From positions 5,355 to 69,354 of the forward strand of contig WQXQ01000001.1 of NCBI GenBank assembly GCA_009784775.1: a stretch of 64,000 bases of DNA, written 5' to 3'. The notes under the pieces were generated by a model that worked only from the letters and a program-made list of their open reading frames with translations, was not told the origin of the DNA and ran no database searches. The translations under genes were made by a program, and so were the position numbers. The DNA is from Treponema sp. GTDB taxonomy: Bacteria; Spirochaetota; Spirochaetia; Treponematales; Breznakiellaceae. Every line of letters starts with the position of its first letter. Positions within the stretch are counted from its first letter, which is position 1. Positions 57,729-64,000 of the stretch are shown piece by piece.

Positions 57729-60700
57729 ATGGGTAATTTTGTTCATCTTCATGTCCATTCCGACTATTCTCTGGCGGATGCCGCTGTTTCGGTACACGGT
57801 CTTGCAGATAAAGCCGCAGAACTGGGGATGACCCATCTTGCCCTAACCGACCACGGCAATATGTTTGGGAGCATGGAATTTGTTGCCGCCTGCCAGAAAA
57901 AGAACATTACGCCAATAGTCGGCTGCGAGGTATATGTCTCGCCCGGCTCCCGCCATGAAAAAAAAGGAACCGAGAACGAAAACAAGTACTATCATCTGGT
58001 GCTGCTGGCTGCTAACCGCGAAGGCTACTTTAACCTGGTTAAACTCTGCTCTTTTGCCTATACCGAAGGCTTTTACTACCGGCCCCGTATCGATGAAGAA
58101 CTGCTGACCCAACACAAGGGCGGGCTTATCGCCCTTTCCGCCTGTGTCTCCGGCGAAATTCCACGGCTTATCCGCGCGGGAAAAACCGATGAAGCGGAAC
58201 AAAAGGCCCTGCACTACCGTAATCTTTTTGGCGCAGACGAACAGGGCAACCCCAACTTTTACCTTGAGATACAAGACCATGGTATTCCCGCCGAGGTATT
58301 GAGAGGCCCTCTTTCCCAGCAGGACCTTAACAGGGAACTTGCCGCCATTTCCCGTAAAACCGGCGTGCCGCTTGTTGCGACTAACGATGTGCATTATATA
58401 ACGCAGGATGACTATATTGCCCATGACGTTCTCCTCTGCATCGGCACCGCCAAATTTCGCAGTGAGGAAAAACGAAAAAAATACTACGGCGATCAGTTTT
58501 ATTTTAAAACAGCCGATGAAATGACAACATTGTTTGCCGCTTACCCCGAAGCCATTGCCAATACAGTCCGCATTGCCGAACGCTGTGCGGCCGATATTCC
58601 CATGGTTTCAACCAAAGAGCTGCCGCAGTATTTGCCCGAATTCGCAATTCCCGCCGGTTTTGCCAGCGCGGACGAATATCTGCGCCATGTTGCCGCCGAA
58701 GGTCTTGCCAAACGGTACGCAAAAGAGAAGGCTGCAAATAGCGTTGACTGGAAACGGATACAGGAACGCTGCGAATACGAGTTAGGCGTCATCATTCAGA
58801 TGAATTTTACCGGATACTTCCTTATCGTAATGGATTTTGTGAACTGGGCAATCGAACACAATATTTCCGTGGGGCCGGGACGGGGCTCAGGGGCTGGTTC
58901 CATTGTCGCGTATGCTTTGCGTATCACCGACATTGAGCCGCTCAAATACGGCCTGCTTTTTGAACGATTCCTTAACCCCGACCGTATCTCCATGCCCGAC
59001 TTTGACATTGACTTTGCCAATGAAGGCCGTGACGATGTTATAAAATACATTACCGAAAAATACGGCAAAGAACGCGTGGGACAGATCATTACTTTTGGAA
59101 CTCTGGGGGCCAAGGCGGTGATTAAAGATGTCGCCCGCACATTGGGCATACCTATTGATGAAGCTGAAAAGATCGCCAAGCTCATTCCTTTTAAGCCCGG
59201 AACCACATTAAAGAAAGCATTTGAAGAAGAGGCAAAATTACGGGAACTGGAAGAGGATCCAAAATATACCGAGCTTTTTACCCTGGCCCGCAAGCTGGAA
59301 GGCCTGAACCGCCACTCAAGTTTGCACGCTGCCGGTGTGGTAATAGGCAAATCGGTTCTGCACAATTTTGTGCCGCTTTTCAAAGACTCCAAAACCGGCG
59401 CCATTGCAACGCAATACGACATGAACCATTTGGAAAATTGCGGACTGATAAAAATGGATTGTCTGGGGCTTAAAACACTTGACGTTATCAAACACACCGA
59501 AGAACTTATCCGCAATCGAGGCGGGGAATACGCGTTTTTCAGCGTAAAAAATGCTCCCGAAGACGATGCGGCAACATTCAAAATGCTTGGCGAAGGCCAT
59601 AGTTTCGAGATTTTTCAGTTTGAATCTGACGGAATGCAGAACATACTCAAACAGGCAAAACCGGGAAAAATCGAAGACCTTATCGCTTTGAATGCGTTGT
59701 ACCGGCCCGGCCCCATGGATAATATCCCGCAGTTTATTGATTCAAAAAACGGGCGGCAGTCAATTTACTATCCCGATCCCAGCCTGGAAAATGTGCTCAA
59801 GGAAACATACGGCGTTATTGTGTATCAGGAACAGGTTATGCAGGTAGCGCGGATCATCGCCGGTTACAGCATGGGACAAGCCGATCTGCTCCGCCGGGCA
59901 ATGGGAAAAAAGAAAAAAGAAATTATCGATCAGGAAAAAATTCCTTTCATTGAAGGCGCGGCAAAACAGGGTTTTTCACCGGCCAAAGCCGGCCAGATTT
60001 ACGATATATTGGTTCCTTTTGCCGGTTATGGGTTTAACAAGAGTCATGCGGCGGCCTATTCCGTCGTGGCGTATCACACTGCATACCTGAAAGCAAATTT
60101 TCCCGCAGAGTTTATGGCGGCAAATCTTACCAACGAAATTCACAGCGCCAACAAGGACAAACTTTCCGAGTGTATTGACGAAGCCCGCAAGATGGGCATT
60201 GCAATTGATCCGCCCGATGTGAATCATTCAGAAAAACTGTTTACCATTGTAGACGGGCGCATCATCTACGGCCTTTTGGGAATTAAAAGCGTGGGAGACA
60301 CTCCCGCCGATGAGATCGTGCGGTGCCGGAAAGACGGTCCCTACCAGGACTTTATGGATTTCCTTGCCAGAGTGGACATTAAAATGGTTGGAAAGGCCGT
60401 CATTGAAAAACTTATACTGACCGGCGTGTTTGACTGTTTTGGCATGAGCCGGGAAAAGCTGCAGGGCAATTTTGAACGAGCGATAGAATATGCGCAAAAG
60501 CAGAAAGACGATAAAAAATTCGGCCAAACCAGCCTGTTTGACGACACTGGCGAAAAAGAATACACCGATTTTATCTTTGAAGAATTTCCCGAAACAAGCC
60601 ATCTTGAAAAATTGAAAGTCGAAAAACAGCTTATCGGTTTTTATTTTTCCGGTCATCCCATGGATGAGTACCGCAGCTTGTGGGAAAAAGCGGTAAAGGT

Positions 60701-61712
60701 TGATCTGGGCCGTCCTGAGGCCATGGAACCGGGCAATCAAATTCTGGTTGGTATTATTAAAACGGCCAGAATCATGAACTCAAAAAACGGAAAAATGGCC
60801 AGTGTGATCATTGCAGATTATAACGGGGAAATCGAAATGGTTTTTTTCCCCAAGGTCTGGGAAAATTTTCAGGACCGAATAAAAGAAGACGAGCTTGCCA
60901 TCGTTAAGGGCAGAATCGATTATCAGAGAAACAGGGAACAATACAATTTTATTGTCGAAAGTGTCATCGACATCAGGGAAGTTGAAGGGGCGATAGCGGA
61001 AGATGAGGCGCTGCAGCGAAAGCGGGATAAGTTTCGCAATGTGTGGCTCTACATGGCGGATCTGAAAAGTGGCAGCCTTACGCAAGTAGAGAGGGGCAGC
61101 TACACGGTAGTGGGACAACTTACGGATTTGCGGGAAAAGCAGGACAGAAACGGCGACGACTATGCGTTTGGGAATTTGCATGATTTTGAAGGCGACATCA
61201 ATTTGGTATTTTTCGCAAAAGTCTGGAAAGAGTGCCGGGATATCCTGAGCCTTAATGAATTTGTTGCTCTGAAAGGAAGTTTTGATCCTGATGACCGCAA
61301 TCAGCAAAAACCCAGCTTTAAGGTTTCAGGCATTGCCGATATTGCCGCTCTGAGCCGTTCCGCCGCGCGTAAGATTGCTGCCGAGGAGGAGCCCAAAGTT
61401 CCGCCGGCCGCGGCGACAGCCATGCCGGCAAACATATCGGCAGCCGTGCCGGCGGCCGTGCCGGCGGCCATGCCGGCACCGGAAAAACAGCCGGCAGCTG
61501 TCCCAATGCGCGCCATCCATGTTCGCCTGCACAGTGAAGCTGCCAGCCGGGATGAAGGTATTGTGCCTTTGCGAAATTATATGTTGGGAAACCCCGGCTC
61601 CTGTCCGGTGTTTATCCATATCGGTGAAAAAATAATTCGCGCAAGCGCCGGTATAAACCCTGAAGCAGAATTAGCAAACTGCGCGGGAGTTATGGAGGCA
61701 TGGAGGGAATAA
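57729..61712 (+). CDS. dnaE: DNA polymerase III subunit alpha
   Basis: PHP domain HLHVHSDYS/TDHGN/TNDVH, SMPDFDIDF, GFNKSH. Two OB folds. No intein seen. Confidence 0.97.
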   Translation: MGNFVHLHVHSDYSLADAAVSVHGLADKAAELGMTHLALTDHGNMFGSMEFVAACQKKNITPIVGCEVYVSPGSRHEKKGTENENKYYHLVLLAANREGYFNLVKLCSFAYTEGFYYRPRIDEELLTQHKGGLIALSACVSGEIPRLIRAGKTDEAEQKALHYRNLFGADEQGNPNFYLEIQDHGIPAEVLRGPLSQQDLNRELAAISRKTGVPLVATNDVHYITQDDYIAHDVLLCIGTAKFRSEEKRKKYYGDQFYFKTADEMTTLFAAYPEAIANTVRIAERCAADIPMVSTKELPQYLPEFAIPAGFASADEYLRHVAAEGLAKRYAKEKAANSVDWKRIQERCEYELGVIIQMNFTGYFLIVMDFVNWAIEHNISVGPGRGSGAGSIVAYALRITDIEPLKYGLLFERFLNPDRISMPDFDIDFANEGRDDVIKYITEKYGKERVGQIITFGTLGAKAVIKDVARTLGIPIDEAEKIAKLIPFKPGTTLKKAFEEEAKLRELEEDPKYTELFTLARKLEGLNRHSSLHAAGVVIGKSVLHNFVPLFKDSKTGAIATQYDMNHLENCGLIKMDCLGLKTLDVIKHTEELIRNRGGEYAFFSVKNAPEDDAATFKMLGEGHSFEIFQFESDGMQNILKQAKPGKIEDLIALNALYRPGPMDNIPQFIDSKNGRQSIYYPDPSLENVLKETYGVIVYQEQVMQVARIIAGYSMGQADLLRRAMGKKKKEIIDQEKIPFIEGAAKQGFSPAKAGQIYDILVPFAGYGFNKSHAAAYSVVAYHTAYLKANFPAEFMAANLTNEIHSANKDKLSECIDEARKMGIAIDPPDVNHSEKLFTIVDGRIIYGLLGIKSVGDTPADEIVRCRKDGPYQDFMDFLARVDIKMVGKAVIEKLILTGVFDCFGMSREKLQGNFERAIEYAQKQKDDKKFGQTSLFDDTGEKEYTDFIFEEFPETSHLEKLKVEKQLIGFYFSGHPMDEYRSLWEKAVKVDLGRPEAMEPGNQILVGIIKTARIMNSKNGKMASVIIADYNGEIEMVFFPKVWENFQDRIKEDELAIVKGRIDYQRNREQYNFIVESVIDIREVEGAIAEDEALQRKRDKFRNVWLYMADLKSGSLTQVERGSYTVVGQLTDLREKQDRNGDDYAFGNLHDFEGDINLVFFAKVWKECRDILSLNEFVALKGSFDPDDRNQQKPSFKVSGIADIAALSRSAARKIAAEEEPKVPPAAATAMPANISAAVPAAVPAAMPAPEKQPAAVPMRAIHVRLHSEAASRDEGIVPLRNYMLGNPGSCPVFIHIGEKIIRASAGINPEAELANCAGVMEAWRE
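61419..61478 (+). repeat. Five 12-nt tandem units (GCCRTGCCGGCR, one degenerate) encoding a Pro/Ala linker in DnaE
   Basis: gccatgccggca aacatatcggca gccgtgccggcg gccgtgccggcg gccatgccggca. Confidence 0.8.
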
Positions 61713-62299
61713 TGGTTGCAGTATTCAGATTATTGTCAATGCTTTTGTGGATCTATTCTCTATTTATTATTATTCGCATAATACTAACCTGGTTTAGTCA
61801 TATGCAGCGCGGCAGATTTGTGGAATTTATATCCCGCATTACCGATCCCTACCTTAACTGGTGGCGGCAAAAGTTTAATTTACGGGTGGGTGTTCTGGAT
61901 ATTTCGCCCATTGTCGCAATGGCAGCCCTTAGTGTACTGCAAACAATATGTTCTACCATTGCCATCCAGGGCAGGATTAGCCTTGGGATTATTCTTGCCG
62001 TTTGTCTTTCCGCAATCTGGTCGGCGGCTTCTTTTGTTTTGGGTTTTTGTCTTTTGGTGCTTGTCCTGCGCTTTGTTGCATATATCGGTAACAGTAATAT
62101 GTATGCTCCATTCTGGAGTATTGTTGATACTATTTCCCGGCCTCTCCTGTATCGCATCAACCGAATCATTTTTGGCAATCGTCAGGTCCGTTTTGTAACC
62201 GGCATTATTGCTTCGGCTGCCGTGTTGATTGTAGTGTGGATTGGCGGACGTTTTCTTATACAACTGCTTGCCGCTTTTTTGTTAGGGCTTGCGGGATAA
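61712..62299 (+). CDS. yggT: YggT family membrane protein
   Basis: TAATG overlap with the dnaE stop, GGAGG RBS. ISRITDPYLNWWR...LDISPI, duplicated YggT-like halves. Confidence 0.8.
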   Translation: MVAVFRLLSMLLWIYSLFIIIRIILTWFSHMQRGRFVEFISRITDPYLNWWRQKFNLRVGVLDISPIVAMAALSVLQTICSTIAIQGRISLGIILAVCLSAIWSAASFVLGFCLLVLVLRFVAYIGNSNMYAPFWSIVDTISRPLLYRINRIIFGNRQVRFVTGIIASAAVLIVVWIGGRFLIQLLAAFLLGLAG

Positions 62300-62305
62300 A
62301 TAAGT

Positions 62306-64000
62306 ATGAACCGTGAAGATCGCATAAAGGAATTGATTTCCCAAATGACACTGGAAGAAAAAGTGTCTCAATTAATGTATATAAGTCCGGCGGTTAATCG
62401 TTTGGGTATACCCGAATATAATTGGTGGAATGAATGTCTGCATGGAGTCGCGCGGGCTGGCGTCGCAACCGTATTCCCCCAGGCCATTGCTCTGGCGGCA
62501 ACATTTGATGAAGATTGTGTTTACTCGGTGGCAGATGCAATTTCCGATGAAGCGCGGGCAAAATACAACGAGGCCATTAAACAGGGGAACCGGGGCCAAT
62601 ACTGGGGCCTTACATTCTGGACGCCTAACATTAATATTTTCCGCGATCCGCGCTGGGGCCGCGGACAGGAAACCTACGGCGAGGATCCATATTTAACAAG
62701 CCGTATTGGAACGGCGTTTGTGCAAGGCTTGCAGGGCGATGATCCTGACAATTTGAAACTTGCCGCCTGTGCCAAACACTATGCGGTTCATTCGGGGCCG
62801 GAAAAATTGCGGCATACATTTGATGCGCTTGTTTCAAAGAAAGATCTTTTTGAAACGTACCTTCCCGCATTCAAAGCCCTGGTTGATGCAGGCGTTGAAT
62901 CGGTCATGGGCGCATATAATCGCACACTGGGTGAACCTTGCTGCGGCAGTTATTTTTTGCTGCAGGAAATACTCCGTGAGACCTGGAATTTCAAGGGGCA
63001 TGTGGTATCAGATTGTTGGGCAATCAGGGATTTTCATGAAAATCACCAAGTAACCAATTCACCGGAAGAATCCGCCGCGCTTGCCCTGAATGCAGGATGC
63101 GATCTAAACTGCGGCTGTACCTATCCGATGCTGACCGTATCGGTAAAAAAAGGCCTGGTAACAGAAGACGCTATCGACCTGGCGCTTACCCGCCTTTTGC
63201 GCACCAGATTTAAACTGGGAATGTTTGAACCCATTGGTTCCGGTACATACGACAGGCTGGGCCGCGAGGTAATAAATTGTGAAAAGCACCGTAGAATTGC
63301 GCTTAACACGGCTGAAAAATCCATTGTACTGCTGAAAAACGACAAGGGATTATTGCCTTTGGATTCGAGCGCGAAAAAAATTACCGTTGTTGGCCCTGCC
63401 GCAGCCAATGCCCACGCCTTATTCGGCAATTATTTTGGCATCGCTCCCCGTTTCATCACCATACTTGAGGGACTTGCAGAAAAAACAAAAGACAAATTCG
63501 GAGTCAATATTGAATATCGTCAGGGCTGCCTGATGCACAGCGATAATCATTTTTCAAATGTTGAATTTGGCGAGGCAAATCCGGCGGACATTTTTATCGC
63601 AGTAATGGGTTTGGATGGCGCCATTGAAGGAGAAGAAGGTGATGCCATTGCTTCCGATTCCAATGGCGACAGGACAAATATAGAACTGCCGCCCTGGCAG
63701 CTCAAGTTTTTGCAGAAAGTCCGCGCTGTGGGTAAACCCGTGATTCTTGTTCTGACCGGAGGCAGCCCCATTGCCATACCCGAAGACATAGCCGACGCGA
63801 TTATTTTTGCATGGTACCCTGGCGAGCAGGGCGGAAAAGCCGTCGCGGATATTATTTTTGGCGATGTTGTTCCATCAGGAAAACTTCCCATAACATTCCC
63901 TGTTTCGACAGCCCAGCTTCCCCCTTACGAAGATTATTCCATGAAGGGGCGTACGTATCGTTACATGACAGAAAAGCCATTGTATCCCTTTGGTTTTGGT
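62306..64000 (+). CDS. Glycoside hydrolase family 3 (beta-xylosidase/glucosidase-like), 3'-truncated by the window edge
   Basis: Not in the ORF track. Translates MNREDRIKELISQMTLEEK...WWNECLHGVAR...TVFPQAI...WTPNINIFRDPRWGRGQETYGEDP...KHY...VSDCWAI (nucleophile Asp). Confidence 0.93.
   Translation, partial: MNREDRIKELISQMTLEEKVSQLMYISPAVNRLGIPEYNWWNECLHGVARAGVATVFPQAIALAATFDEDCVYSVADAISDEARAKYNEAIKQGNRGQYWGLTFWTPNINIFRDPRWGRGQETYGEDPYLTSRIGTAFVQGLQGDDPDNLKLAACAKHYAVHSGPEKLRHTFDALVSKKDLFETYLPAFKALVDAGVESVMGAYNRTLGEPCCGSYFLLQEILRETWNFKGHVVSDCWAIRDFHENHQVTNSPEESAALALNAGCDLNCGCTYPMLTVSVKKGLVTEDAIDLALTRLLRTRFKLGMFEPIGSGTYDRLGREVINCEKHRRIALNTAEKSIVLLKNDKGLLPLDSSAKKITVVGPAAANAHALFGNYFGIAPRFITILEGLAEKTKDKFGVNIEYRQGCLMHSDNHFSNVEFGEANPADIFIAVMGLDGAIEGEEGDAIASDSNGDRTNIELPPWQLKFLQKVRAVGKPVILVLTGGSPIAIPEDIADAIIFAWYPGEQGGKAVADIIFGDVVPSGKLPITFPVSTAQLPPYEDYSMKGRTYRYMTEKPLYPFGFG

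Noticed and set aside
57729-61712. Intein in dnaE suggested by the 1327-aa length
   Set aside because: No C/S...HN splice motifs or LAGLIDADG blocks. The extra length comes from the second OB fold and the linker.

Overview
64 kb of spirochaete-like chromosome. Treponema-type gap/pgk, spirochaetal lipoboxes and a Cache MCP suggest Treponema or a relative, possibly gut-associated (inference). Left: an uncharacterised + strand cluster of a 5'-truncated Ig-like/outer-membrane barrel gene and two paralogous ~2000-aa Ig-repeat lipoproteins. The first lipoprotein is interrupted by a single in-frame TGA (2293-2295), and the frame stays open to 7221. Next comes a long minus-strand run: hypothetical, pgsA, gap, pgk, tpiA, an atypical P-type ATPase, secG, PTS IIA, and V/A-type ATPase G-C-I-K-F without E/A/B/D. 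The middle holds envelope and housekeeping genes: OMP, GT2, COG3014-like lipoprotein, MCP, ppk1, hflX, a lipoprotein plus barrel pair, acyl-ACP thioesterase, DbpA-domain protein, MBL hydrolase and PilZ protein. Right: a double-TetR/TolC/MFP/RND/PII-like operon with a visible operator, a 5-PAS hybrid kinase, dnaE with a duplicated OB fold, yggT and a 3'-truncated GH3 gene. Short-tandem-repeat palindromic elements occur between gap and pgk (with an apparent 6-bp TSD) and in frame inside the MFP signal peptide. I saw no rRNA, tRNA, CRISPR array, transposase, integrase or reverse transcriptase. Family names are from motif recognition, not database searches.
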